Assembly: GCF_001194135.2 (NCBI RefSeq)
Contig: NC_068995.1
Span: 16,890,233 to 16,954,232, forward strand
Direction: 5' to 3'
Origin: Octopus bimaculoides
Lineage: Eukaryota
Length of the DNA stretch: 64,000 nucleotides
Part shown: positions 25,515-39,065 of the stretch, one piece after another
How positions within the stretch are numbered: the stretch's first letter is position 1
Layout of the letters: each line of letters begins with the position of its first letter
The notes under the pieces: model-generated
The model's database searches: none
What the model was told of the DNA's origin: nothing
What the model saw: only the letters and a program-made list of their open reading frames with translations
Translations under genes and position numbers: made by a program

Positions 25515-25692
25515 TGGTTTCAAATTTTGGAACAAGGCCAGAATTTATAGGGAAGGGTCTAAGTCGATTTGATCGACCCCTGCCCAACGCTCAAATGGTA
25601 CTTATTTTATTTGGACCCAGAAGGTAAAGGCTGACGAAATATCGCTAAGCATTTTGCCCGGCGTGCTAACGATTCTTTCAGCTCACCGCCTT
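25515..25692 (-). mobile_element. SINE family A with internal deletion
   Basis: TTTCAAATTTTGGAACAAGGCC..GTCGATTTGATCGACCCC..AAGCATTTTGCCCGGCGTGCTAACGATTCTTTCAGCTCACCGCCT. Confidence 0.85.
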
Positions 25693-28600
25693 TAATTAGC
25701 TTACCATAATATACTTTAATCAAGTTTAGTTTATTACAATTAAGCTGTAATGTAGTGAAAAGCGGAATCACGGAATAGTTGGGTATAATATGCTTGTGTG
25801 TTGTTGCTTATTGTATTTGATTTGGAGCATAGACATTCATAGAGTAGTGTAATTAATTATGTAGAAGAGAAATAACATGGAAGAAATACTGAAATATAGA
25901 AACACAGTGTTGGATTTTGCTGAAGCAAGTTCTCTGATTCCCATAGAAAAAGGATGAATGTCACTTATAAGGTCTCATCTCGACCGAGCAAACCCCAGAT
26001 ATATAAATGTATAAAACTTATATTTCAGATGTTCTTCTAAGAGAGGTGGGATTCTTCCTTCCCCGGGTTGTAAATTTAAGTGGCTTTATTTGATCTGTTA
26101 GCAATGTGAGTTGTTACGATATCCGAAATAAGGCTGAGGCAATGAAATATCAATAGAAGTAAAATAATAAAATCACGCACTCACACTTTATACGGGTATA
26201 TGTGAGTGTGTGGTTATATATATCTATATACAAAGATATATAAATATACATACACACATATATACACGCAGACTTATATGCACATAAACATATATATGGG
26301 TGTGTACTCAAACATGCCTTTCTATCATATAAACAACAATAACGATTTAATATAATCTGCAAGAATTATTCGAAAGATATATCACAGATAGCAGTATAAT
26401 TTTATGTATGTTCATTAGAGCATTTATCGTTTCTGTGATCAGTAGATGTGCATTCCGACCTGAAAATCTAATGTGCTTTTTCATATAAGAAGCACGCTCT
26501 ATTGGTTAGCATTGGCATGCATCGCTACTCACAACTAATATTGTTGAAAGAAGAATCCAGTCTTCTGAAAAACTAGGAAATACATGCTCACTTGAAAGTA
26601 TGTAGAGATGAGGAAATTGTGCATTCGCTAAAATGTTTTCGTTGCCTGTGTACAGCTATTTACAAAAACGAAAATAGGAAAAAAGAAAATTATGCAATTA
26701 GATGCTGTTTTCTTTTTCAGCGTTTACTTTTAAAGTAATTGAAATGAATTTTCTTTTAATCAGGAAGTAAAACGTTGCTTTCTCTTCCTATGGTGGCTGA
26801 CTATTGGAAACGAAGCATGGCACAGCACGTGCTGCCATGACGAACAAGAGAATATTAAGATAATTACCGGATGTAGTTATTTTTTCGGTCCAGTTGCTCT
26901 TCATTCTTAATCATCTCTTGCTGTGACAATGTCGCTCATTTAACAAATGCATCTTACCTATTAACGTAATGTTTCGTTGACCTTTAGACCTTCAAGATTT
27001 TAAATAGTTGCTTTCCTAGAATTCTGATTGCATAATTAACGATGCACTGTGGTTGAAATATCCCTAAATGCCAACCCCCCAGGAAAGTGTGCTTACTCTC
27101 GAGCTAGTGAATCAGAAAATCTTCTTTGTTTAACTATTGCTTTTCCATCTTACAAAATCAGCTTGCAATGACTATTAACCCTTTTGGCACAATGCAGTTG
27201 ATTTTAATGATTAATCACTGCCATCAAATGCAAAATGATACTGTTAATCATCTTGTGTAATTGTATTACATAACAGTAGATACAAAAGCGAAATATTAAC
27301 AATACTTCAGTAATACCAGCAGCAATGGTAGATCTCTGGCGATCGGGTTCAAACATGAACAATTTTTCAGCGTAGCTTTCAATCACCCTTGCACTAGTTT
27401 CTCTTCATTTAATATCGAGTAGTTGCAATACTGTAAGCGGCGATGCACCGACACGTGCAATAGCTGGTGTTGGAACCCATGTCCCCACCCCAAATACAAG
27501 TTGATTTTTATAGGATAAAAGCCGGACGTTGCTAAGCAATCTTCAGTATTATTAGACCATGTAAGATCCCGTCCCATAGTGTTTCCAAACAAACGAGAAT
27601 ATGAATATCTTATTCCAAATTACTCCTTATGGGAAGTCATGCCACTTTATCTTGTGAAATATATATATTAATATAGCCAGAACATAATTTTATAGTTATT
27701 CATGGGGTATACGGATTGCGCAGGACGGCAACTTTATATACATGTGTTTGCTGAAGTCGAAGGTATGTTACTTATGACCAAAGAGCCGCTAATCTAGCAA
27801 CCACACAAAGGGTTTAACACACACATACTTCACCACTGTATTCATATGTAGCTTGAATCACATAGGATAATGTAAGAATAGCAGAAAATAAAGAAACTGG
27901 AGTTGGTATGCGTCATAAAGTAATTATTTAGTAGAGTTGATAAACTTGTATTCAATATGTTTGTACGTTGCAAGAGGTTGAGTGTCATAATGTTTCGAGC
28001 CCGTGCTGGTTAAAAACGTTTTTGTATCCATAATTTGATGTCCATGAAATGATATGATAGGTATTTCATATTCCTATAGTTCATTAAGAGTAATTAAACT
28101 CATGGAATATTCTGGAAATGAACGCCATTATGTCCTTAACTTACGATTCTACCAATCTCTGCTCAACCTTTCTTGACGCTAGTTTGTCATTCTTCTTCAT
28201 GAAACCGAACATAAATGCTTGTGAACCTACAATTTTGAATTCATTTAGGCCTAACAATATAGATTCATAGCGTCATAGTTTCCATTAAAATAGTTAGGGA
28301 GGATAAGTGGCTGCAAAATATCATGTAGGTGCTTGTCCGAAATGAAATGTCAAATGGCAGGTTGATTCTAATAGGGAACGCTGAATATTGAACTAAGATT
28401 GAAATGTAAGCTCTTATCATCAGTATTTCATGCCCTCAGAATATTATCTAATACAATGACGAATCGGTGACCTGCGTAGACATCCTCAGTGGGATAGCTT
28501 AACTGTTGGCGACAACATGAGCGAGCCTGGTGCATTTTCTCAAGTTTCTGCTGATAGGGAAATGTATCGGATTAAACTGAATTCAGTGCGATAGGATAAT

Positions 28601-29438
28601 CGTTAGAATATCAGGATAACTAATTTACACTATCTATCCCAGCTCTTTACATTTTGAGTTCGAATACTGCCAAGTTCCACTATTGTTCTTCATCCTTTCG
28701 CTGTTGATAAAATAAAAATATCCGTCAGGTCCATGGCGTAAACTAACGCTCTTCCCTCAGTATTTCTGGTTTCGTACCTAAATCAGAAACCAATATATCA
28801 ATTTTGGTTGCAAAATCTCGAAAGTTAGTTCCTTCCATATTCAATGAAATGCAAATTTTCATCAGTAAAAAGAAAAAAAGGGATTTTAGTCTTATAATAA
28901 TTGGATACATCAAAATTTCCTCTTTCCAATAACGTATGTGTTTAATCAGTTGAAAAATGAATTAAAAGAACGAGAAATACGAATTATAAATTTTCTATAT
29001 ATTAAATTGGAACTGTAAAACCGTAAGAAGAAACACTGACAACAAATAAATACGGCAACATTTCTATGTCTAAACATTCATATGGATATGGGGAGAATCC
29101 ATAAGTGGAAACAGATGTAATCATAGCGTGAATTCTACTTCTATTAGAAATATATCGGGTGAGAAAGATGAAAGTCAAGCAAAATGGTGTGAAGTAGATC
29201 TGAAGAGCCATTTGATAAAATGGAGAGAGATGGAAAGGATTGAAGACTTACATGAAAATTTTAAATTCTATAACATTGTAAACATTGTATATACGTAGGT
29301 TTGGTGATGCAAGCAGGAAGATAGAACTCAAAACATGAGTGCCCAAGTTCACTTTCTGGTATTACCAATGTCATATTCAATAAAAATCCTTATAGAGCAA
29401 ATGCACTGCGCTACAACTATTCATTGACGTCGTTAGAA

Positions 29439-29439
<1 letters not shown>

Positions 29440-29497
<58 letters not shown>

Positions 29498-29517
29498 TAA
29501 TAATAATAATAATAATG

Positions 29518-29578
<61 letters not shown>
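29440..29578. repeat. (AAT)n microsatellite running towards a gap
   Basis: About 45 AAT units with two GAT interruptions. Confidence 0.97.
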
Positions 29579-31268
29579 TAGAGGTANNNNNNNNNNNNNN
29601 NNNNNNNNNNNNNNNNNNNNNNNNNNNNNNNNNNNNNNNNNNNNNNNNNNNNNNNNNNNNNNNNNNNNNNNNNNNNNNNNNNNNNNNNNNNNNNNNNNNN
29701 NNNNNNNNNNNNNNNNNNNNNNNNNNNNNNNNNNNNNNNNNNNNNNNNNNNNNNNNNNNNNNNNNNNNNNNNNNNNNNNNNNNNNNNNNNNNNNNNNNNN
29801 NNNNNNNNNNNNNNNNNNNNNNNNNNNNNNNNNNNNNNNNNNNNNNNNNNNNNNNNNNNNNNNNNNNNNNNNNNNNNNNNNNNNNNNNNNNNNNNNNNNN
29901 NNNNNNNNNNNNNNNNNNNNNNNNNNNNNNNNNNNNNNNNNNNNNNNNNNNNNNNNNNNNNNNNNNNNNNNNNNNNNNNNNNNNNNNNNNNNNNNNNNNN
30001 NNNNNNNNNNNNNNNNNNNNNNNNNNNNNNNNNNNNNNNNNNNNNNNNNNNNNNNNNNNNNNNNNNNNNNNNNNNNNNNNNNNNNNNNNNNNNNNNNNNN
30101 NNNNNNNNNNNNNNNNNNNNNNNNNNNNNNNNNNNNNNNNNNNNNNNNNNNNNNNNNNNNNNNNNNNNNNNNNNNNNNNNNNNNNNNNNNNNNNNNNNNN
30201 NNNNNNNNNNNNNNNNNNNNNNNNNNNNNNNNNNNNNNNNNNNNNNNNNNNNNNNNNNNNNNNNNNNNNNNNNNNNNNNNNNNNNNNNNNNNNAAATCAA
30301 CCATCTAACCCACGTGACCATTTCTTGTGCCTATGTATGAATTACTTATGAGGGTATATACTTATAAATGTATACGTAAATACACATAGTCTCACACATA
30401 CACACGCTCACAAACACACAGAGACCTACACGCACATATATATTCATACATATATGTAGAGAGAGATGTGTGTGTGTGTGTGGGGGGGTTCATATGTAGC
30501 ACGAATTTATGTAAATTTGAGAAAACAAGAGGATACCAAAACAAAAGGCCAAGAAAAAAATGGCGGTTTAGAATTGCTGGGCTGTAGTACATAGCGAAAT
30601 TTCACGCTGATCACAATCGCAATCACAAAATTATTCCTTTCTTGTGCTAAACGAGATAAGCTACCTGTTTCACTTACATTATATTGCATTATATCATATT
30701 ATATTATATTATATTATATCATATTATATTATAGTTATATTATTTTACATTATTTTATTTTCGAATTTATACGACGCTAAAATTTCAGAAACGCCATACA
30801 TACATACATACATACATTACATATATACGGTATTCATACATATGTATGGAGAATGATACGTATATATATGTGTATATATACATATATATCCATAAACACA
30901 CATCTTTTCTGTTTTCTGTTTGAATATGACGATCTAGCCATAAAGATAGACGTGTCAAACGCCTCATTACATTCTCTCATTATAACAGCAGGCTAATTAT
31001 CAGCACCTATATAAATCACTAAAGCTTTAACAGAGAAAGAAATTTGTGAGCTACATAAATACGGTGTACCCACCCAAACAGCGAGGCCATTTTTATTGCC
31101 CATTACCGCTGGAATCTGAAGTCATTATATTTCTAAGTCAACTCCAGAGACAATATTCATTTATCAATTTTTCTAGATAACTAACCAATAATAGACTAAA
31201 TTCCATAAATATTACATTTTACGATCATTCTTCAAAAGTTTTCTCTCTCATGTATTCTTTTCTTTTTT

Positions 31269-31321
<53 letters not shown>

Positions 31322-31509
31322 TGTGTGTGTGTGTATATATATATATATGTATGTGTGTGTGTATGTATGCGTGTGATTGTGTGTGTGCGCGTGTGTGTCT
31401 CATTTCTTTTTCTTTTCAACTCATTTTTCTCAGATAGCTTATCAAAGTGGTCACACCTATAACGATGTGACAAACAATAGAACTATCGGTTGCCGCATCT
31501 TCGCCAACA

Positions 31510-32110
31510 TCGTTGTCAGCCTTTATCACGATATATCAGCATCACCGCCGCCAACATCACTACCGCTACCACCAGCACCATTACCACTACCACCACCAGC
31601 ACTGTCAACACTACCACCACCACTAACACCAGCACCGTCACCAACACCGTCAACACCAGCATCAGAACCAGCACCACCAGCTGTAATACCAACAGCAGCA
31701 GCAGCACCACCACCACCACTGCCACCATCAACACAACTGCTACTACAACTACCACCGCCAATATCACATCAACTACACTAATACTACCACAACTACTACT
31801 ACCAATACTACTACTACAAGCTTCATCAGAATCTCCACTACTGCTGTCATCAGTGCGATCACCATCATCAACACTATCATCAACAACATCCATACTATGT
31901 CTTCGTAGACACCACCACCAACACCACCAACACCACCAACAACAACAACACAAACAACAACAACACAAACAACAACAACAACGCGGAAAACAACAAATTA
32001 GAAACAGTGACAACCACTTCTAATACTACTACCACTGCGACCATCACAATCATCACCACCATCACCACCACCACTTATACCACGACGACCACGACGACCA
32101 CCACCATCAA

Positions 32111-32143
<33 letters not shown>

Positions 32144-32166
32144 AACAACTACTACTACTACTACTA

Positions 32167-32217
<51 letters not shown>

Positions 32218-32690
32218 AACCATCGTCCTCAATACATCACCTAACATCCTCAATACTATGACCATAACGACGGGAAAAACTACCACCACCACGACCACCA
32301 CGACCACCAACACCATCATCACCACTACCTGCATCACAAAGAGCAATATAACTACCATCTACATCATTACACCTTCATATTAATTATCATCACCATTATA
32401 AGCACTTGTAGCAAGACAACGCCCAGCACCACTGAAACCGCTAATATTTCCACCACCATCACCAGTTGCACCGTCGCTACTAATCCCACGACGACCTATA
32501 CCGTTTCAACCGTCACCAGTGCCACTAAGCTCTACTTCTCGAAACTAACAACACCAATACCTAAGTACCAACCATATCCGTATCAGTATGGTACTCGGCA
32601 AACCAACGTCGTCGCTGTCGTCATTGTCATTCCTCAACGCCATCCTTAATAGAGTCAGAAGCACTCATTATCATCATCGTTATTATCTTA
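31510..32690. repeat. Degenerate trinucleotide low-complexity block (ACC/ACT/CAA/CAT)
   Basis: C/A-rich strand with an (ACT)n core at about 32110-32217 and decaying flanks. Confidence 0.9.
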
Positions 32691-32842
32691 ATCATTAAGT
32701 TACCAAACAAAGGAATTTTACACGCCTACATATGTATACACACGCGCGCGCGCAAACACATACATACCACATATATATATATTTATATATATATGTGTGA
32801 GTGTGTGTATATATATATGTATGTCTATCTATGTATATACGT

Positions 32843-32901
<59 letters not shown>

Positions 32902-32961
32902 CATATGTATATATGTATATATACATATGTATATATACATATGTATATATATATATACATC

Positions 32962-33007
<46 letters not shown>

Positions 33008-34014
33008 NNNNNNNNNNNNNNNNNNNNNNNNNNNNNNNNNNNNNNNNNNNNNNNNNNNNNNNNNNNNNNNNNNNNNNNNATAAATACACTCATATATGTG
33101 TATAAATATGTCTGTCTACTTATCGATCGATTGATCTATCTATATCTATATCTATTTATCTATATATTAACATACTCTTTCTCTCACACACAGAGAAACA
33201 CACACACTCACATACACACACATATGTTCGCATGTTTGAGTGTGTGAGTGTGTAGCTTTTACTTTGGCAATTATGTTAGCTAAAATTTTGCATAGGAGCA
33301 CATATTCTCAAATTTCGCATAGACGTACGTCATTTTATAAGAAAGTCATAGACTGTTGAGAGAGTTTTTCTTTCATCTTCTAAAAAAAGTAAATTAAATT
33401 TTAAAATAACGATAAAATATTATGTAAATTAATATAATATTCTGAAAAAAAAAAAAGAAAATCATGTTTTGTAGAAAATATTAAAAATATACATATAAGC
33501 AGAGTTTTATAAAGTTTTGTATATTTTTTTGCGCATTTTCATGAAGTTCAACTTAACGATATTTTGAATTGTTTCGGTACGATAATTAAGAGTGAACAAA
33601 TTGATGATTGTCTGTCTTTTTAAAGCTTCTCATCTAAAGAATTAATGTAATATATTTGATGTATCCAGCTATTCCTTCTGGGCAGCAACTTATAGTTTCA
33701 CTTCATACAATTCTAGATAGGAAACTTTACAATCTATTGCTTGACGAAGCAAATGCAAGGTGGAAGAATCAACTGTGATTAAGTCGACGGCGGAAGACGC
33801 TGTTTACTTTCGTGAATGAAAAAGAGGAAAAGAAAAAAGAAACAAAGAAACAAAAAAAAAATGTTATGCAGCTATCAGATCTTTCGTTTGAATGAAATTT
33901 ATAAGTCGATAGGGATTTAAGAGACGGATGCGAACCCTCATTTTACGATTAAACATGTATATATTACTACCACAAAACAGAGTCACGAATGTACAAAGAA
34001 CGGAATGACCCAGT

Positions 34015-34240
34015 TAATGGTTTCTAATTTAAGTACAAGACTGTCGATTTTCTAGGAAAGGGTATTAAGCGATATCTTCGACACCAGTACGTTACAGGGT
34101 ACTTTATTTTGTCGATCCCCGAAAGGACGAAAGCAAAATTGACAGCAGCATGATTTGAATTGAGAACGTAAGTAGTCGTAACAAATACCACAAAGAATTT
34201 TTTCTCGACGTTTTAGCGATTCTGCCAGTTTACCACCTTA
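34015..34240 (-). mobile_element. SINE family A, old copy
   Basis: TTTCTAATTTAAGTACAAGACTG..GTCGATCCCCGAAAGGACGAAAGCAAAATTGAC..TTAGCGATTCTGCCAGTTTACCACCTTA. Confidence 0.75.
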
Positions 34241-35395
34241 TTAACCCAGATAACGGATTATTCAAAGTGCAGAATGTTATAACAGTAAGAGTCAAGTCAT
34301 TCTTTCTTTTATCCACAACTAAAGCGTCGTCTACTTTGCCTTCTTTTGCAGAATGGTGCTTCTTAACACACCGATACTTATCCACAGAACTAACCCGCAA
34401 GCAAACATGTTGTCAGCTGAATAAGCTATTTACCATTCAGGCAATTTTATCATCAGCTTACGACAGTTTTCTTCAACTATATAACTCACTTATCAGTCAA
34501 ATGTAAGACAGCTGTCCAGCTCGCTTAGCATCTAACACAGCAACCAACAGCCAAACGCAGCTTGACTGTTGTTATACAGCCCGCATGTCTTTCATTTTCT
34601 ATGCACGAAGTAAGGAAACTTCGACAAGTTGCATGAACATTGATAATATGAAAGTATGCACTACTAAGACCAACACGCATTTTGCAGCTTTCGATGCTAG
34701 AACAGCCAGAAGCCATTTTTACAGCATACGCATTTATACTTGCAAATCCTTTTTCGTCCATTGCAGCAACCGAATTACTATTTCGAATGAGACTTCTTAC
34801 AGTTAGTCTCAACGCGAAATACGTGCTGAAGTAAACGAATGCCCAATGCAATAAATTATTTCCGCTACATCCCGTAAATATATAAAGCGCATAGTTATTT
34901 TGCCCCTCTTTTTGTGCCGCTCTAAGAACTATAATTAACATCTTGCAGAACCACGTTATCTACACATAAATTACTTTAGGATCATTGATAAACGGACGCA
35001 TTTCTACGAACGAATTATTAGGTTCTTTCGTACAGTTATTTGCTGCAGCTTACGTACTACGTAATCCTTCAGTTGAATTCTTGGTAAATTTCATTTTCAC
35101 ATAACACTCATTTTATATTGTTCTATATCACATTCAGTATTAATTATCCTATTATATGTACTCGTGAGGTCTATACACAACAGGTGGAAAAGTGTAGAAA
35201 TATACATTTGTACCTATGTAAAAAATGAGTCTTATGCGTTTGCTGTTTTTTGCTCTCTCAACAAGCAACCAATATATATTTTCTATGCGAACACAAGTTG
35301 TTAATTAACAGAGGATGTTCGTTCCGCGTCAATCTCAATCGAGCAGATCTATGATAAATTATGTTGCAGTCATATTTGTTTATTAGGAAATATAT

Positions 35396-35556
35396 AGGCG
35401 CACGCGTGATTGTGTGGTAAGGAGCTTGAATCTCAACCACATGGTTTCAGGTTCGGTCCTACTGCATGGCACTTCGGGCAATTGTCTTTTATTGTAGCCT
35501 CGGGCCGACCAAAGCTTTGTCAGTGGATTTGGTAGACAGAAACTGAAAGCCCTTCG

Positions 35557-35622
<66 letters not shown>

Positions 35623-35804
35623 TTGACAACCGGTGGTGGTGTGTTTACGTCCCCGTTATGTAGCAGTTAGGGAAAAGAAACCGATAGAATGAGTACTAGG
35701 CTTAACAAATAAGTCCTGAGGTCGATTTGTTGGACAAAAACCCTTTAAAGCGGTGCTCCAGCATGGCTGTGGCGAAATTGACTGAAAGAAGTAAAAGAGT
35801 AAAA
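35396..35804 (+). mobile_element. SINE family B, full length (tRNA-like head, internal TA/TG microsatellite, 3' domain)
   Basis: TGTGTGGTAAGGAGCTTG..CAACCACATGGTTTCAGGTTCGGTCC..CCTCGGGCCGACCAAAGC..(TA)n(TG)n..CTTGACAACCG..GCGGTGCTCCAGCATGGC..GACTGAAAGAAGTAAAAGAGTAAAA. Confidence 0.9.
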
Positions 35805-36613
35805 TATATTATGCAACATAACTTTCCTGAGACAAGATTTTACTATTTCTAACATATCGGTCAGGCAAACGATTCTCCCAATATTTGTAAGGTTTTTGTC
35901 CTCCTTGTCCTGTAGCAAATGCAGCATAAGTCGGTGTTGCACATCTACTAATAATGGTAACTTGATTTCAACTTTAATTGACATGAGATTTATCTTTTTT
36001 GTTGGGAACTGGACTATGAGTATCATACAGTATTTGCATTCCATTCGGCGTATGATTTCACACCAAAAATGTTGTTTTACTGGAATGATTCCTGATTTCT
36101 TCAGTTTGATAGTCACAGAAAAAAAAAAAACANNNNNNNNNNTATGTTGAATTTTTCGTTTTTATTTAATATTGTCAGTATTTTTTTTATATTGCGACAA
36201 TGCCCAACATTGTTCTTCCCTAATATATATTAAAAGAAGTATCATAAATCGATTTAGTAGGTAAAAGATGGAGATAGCAGACAATAGAGAGCACTGTAAC
36301 ATTTTCTTCTCCATTATTTCATGTTCGCACATTAGTAACAAAAATTGGCATTTTTTTTTTTATTACTAACAATTATTGTTTTTCAATAAATGAAATTCAA
36401 TGTTGGTTTCTGTGAAATTTGAATAAGGAATTTTATGGCACATCTATAGGCGTGGGTAACGTTTAAGCGTTATAAACTTTTCTACGCGATAATATTTTCT
36501 ACGTTCGAATCTACTGCACGGCATCATCTGTTATTGGTTAAATTAAGAAACACATTCATTGTTTCCGTGAAACGTTGCTATACACAGGCATACGCTCGTG
36601 CATGTACAACACA

Positions 36614-36688
<75 letters not shown>

Positions 36689-36690
<2 letters not shown>

Positions 36691-36920
36691 CGGCGAGCTG
36701 GCAGAAACGTTAGCACGCCGGGCGAAATGCTTAGCGGTATTTCGTCTGCCGTTACGTTCTGAGTTCAAATTCCGCCGAGGTTGACTTTGCGTTTCATCCT
36801 TTCGGGGTCGATTAAATAAGTACCAGTTACGCACTGGGATCGATATAATCGACTTAATACGTTTTTCTGTCCTTGTTTGTCCCCTCTGTGTGTATCCCCT
36901 TGTGGGTAATAAAGAAATAA
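36689..36920 (+). mobile_element. SINE family A, young full-length copy at the end of a (CA)n tract
   Basis: GGCGGCGAGCTGGCAGAAACGTTAGCACGCCGGGCGAAATGCTTAGCGG..GTTCTGAGTTCAAATTCCGCCGAGG..TTGTGGGTAATAAAGAAATAA, with CA repeats on both sides. Confidence 0.95.
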
Positions 36921-38164
36921 CACACATACAACCACATATAATCTCATTTAGTGAGTGACTCGTTCACATGAATATATATGTATGTGTATGTGTGTCTGTG
37001 AGGCAGTGTATATAAAAAATATAAATTACATTAATGTACATCAATTCCATTATTATTACTGGCGTAACCTGCATACCTGTAGACTGACTTCTTTGATACA
37101 ACAATTACCTGCTCACATACTGTTCCTTCAAATGTGTCAAGATCATTAAAACAATGCTCGCACATTTGAGGGAAGAGCATGTATCTCATCCCACCTCAAC
37201 GCCTCGTGTACCAGATATCCACCGTTTCAGCTATCAACGTTTCCATCGCATTTCATTCAAAATATCCGTTCTGTTGTAAGTCGCAACTCGGTATTTCACA
37301 TTTCTGGACCCAGTGGTGTAAAGACTGGAGAGAAGAAACTCCGCATAACGACTTATATATACATGAACAGATTTGAATAAATATTGCTACTTTAATATAC
37401 ATAATAGTATTAAGAACGTTTTTTTCACTTTATTTTACACACGTACAAACATACACGAATACACTTACGTGTGAGTGTATTTTGTTTATTGTGCATAGTA
37501 GTTTATTCAACGTTATATATCTTAGATATTTATTGCATGAATGTATTAATTCTACACTTCAGTTTAATGTAATCCCACATGAACAAACATTTGTCTTTAA
37601 ATTCATAATTCTAACTTTATAAAATTACTTGGGTATTTTCCTTATCTAATATCTCATAACTTTTTCTCTAGACTTCTAGATAACGATTAATAGACAGACG
37701 TTTCCATAGTAACATATTTTTATTTTGAAAATGTCTATATTTCCCGTACATCAATGTTGATGCTTTGTACGACATTCACTTACAATTTTGTTTCTTTAAA
37801 CAAAACTATTTATGGGAAACTGCCTTTTATCTTTTATTTATTTCATCCATTGATTACGCCATGCTTGGGCACCCCTTTCAAGGGTTAGTAGAACAGGTTT
37901 TTTTCAAAGTCTGGTAATTATTCTATCAGTGGAACTGGTAAGTTTCAGTGAGGTAAACAACCCTGCATCATTTCTAGGTGCGGACAAACACGCGCGCACA
38001 TATATATTCGCACGGAGAAGAAATTACGATAAACACAGGTTTTTACGAGTTGTTCCTACGTACATTTTACCATTTTATTTTTGCAACTCTGCAATGAACA
38101 TTCTAAGTGTGATTGTATACTTAACTACAACAGATCACCAGGGAACGCTTTATTCCATTGTATG

Positions 38165-38651
38165 TCATTATTCAGTTTATTTCAAGATTTCTTGCCAATA
38201 GAGACAGAACCGGTTTCTAAACTAGATCCAGGGATCTGTCATTGGAATTTCAACTTCAACGACAGGATATTTTTGTATGTGTGCATGTATGTATGTATGT
38301 GTAGATTTGTATGTTTTACGTATGTATTCTCATGCATATAGTTATATATCTAGACATGCTCATATATATTTAAATGATAAACTTCTGGAAAGTTTTACTG
38401 ATTTCTACAGTTTCAGTGATGGATTGGATCTATAGTCTTCGAATTAGCTTTCTCCATTCTGGTCCTGAGAAGCTCACTTTCTGATGATTGGTGCTTAGGC
38501 AGTGTGTTACATATCTCAGGGCCTCAATAATTATAAGTATAAACATGAACTTGTAATCTGGATAGAGTAACCTCAGGTTTCTCATTAGTTCAGCATAGGT
38601 ATTGTCTTTTTCACTGATCTTCAACTTTATGTTTACATCCACTGGGTAGCG
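38165..38651 (-). mobile_element. 5'-truncated R4/Dong-clade (RLE) non-LTR retrotransposon 3' end
   Basis: Minus frame 38651-38370 reads RYPVDVNIKLKISEKDNTYAELMRNLRLLYPDYKFMFILIIIEALRYVTHCL..KLIRRL*IQSITETVEISKTF. This resembles the P.D.NI..K..EK...Y..L..IPIIIGALG C-terminus of R4/Dong restriction-like endonucleases. It is followed by about 200 bp of putative 3' UTR ending AATAAACTGAATAAT. Confidence 0.7.
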
Positions 38652-38658
38652 AATTTTC

Positions 38659-38765
38659 GAACACTGGGGTCGATTAAGTAAGTACCAGTTGAACACTGGA
38701 AGCGGTGTAATCGACTTAACCCACCACTAACGTTACTTGCTTTGTGACAAAATTTGAAAGCAATA
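38659..38765 (+). mobile_element. SINE family A, 3' fragment
   Basis: GGGGTCGATTAAGTAAGTACCAGTTGAACACTGG..TAATCGACTTAACC..TTGTGACAAAATTTGAAAG. Confidence 0.75.
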
Positions 38766-38990
38766 TTAAACAGTCACATATTAGAACCTGCCCCAACCAC
38801 CTTCTTCTTTCTATATTACTTGGAAGTCGATTTTCTTTGAACTTCTGTTTCTAGAAACTTATATGGTAATTACACTAACTTATTCAAAAATATTTTATTC
38901 CCAAGGCTCATAGATACACATACAAACGCACGTGTATACAATCACAGACACTCATGCATGCACACACGTGTGCTCACACAAACATACGTG

Positions 38991-39065
<75 letters not shown>

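Noticed and set aside
27300-27600. GDAPTRA / TWSN motif resemblance to a transposase or APE endonuclease
   Set aside because: The matches are only 4-7 residues long, lie on different strands, are bounded by stops and have no supporting context.
31490-32261. Thr/Pro/Gln-rich ORFs resembling a mucin
   Set aside because: They arise from degenerate trinucleotide repeats and are open in several frames and on both strands. There is no splice or start context and no unique domain.
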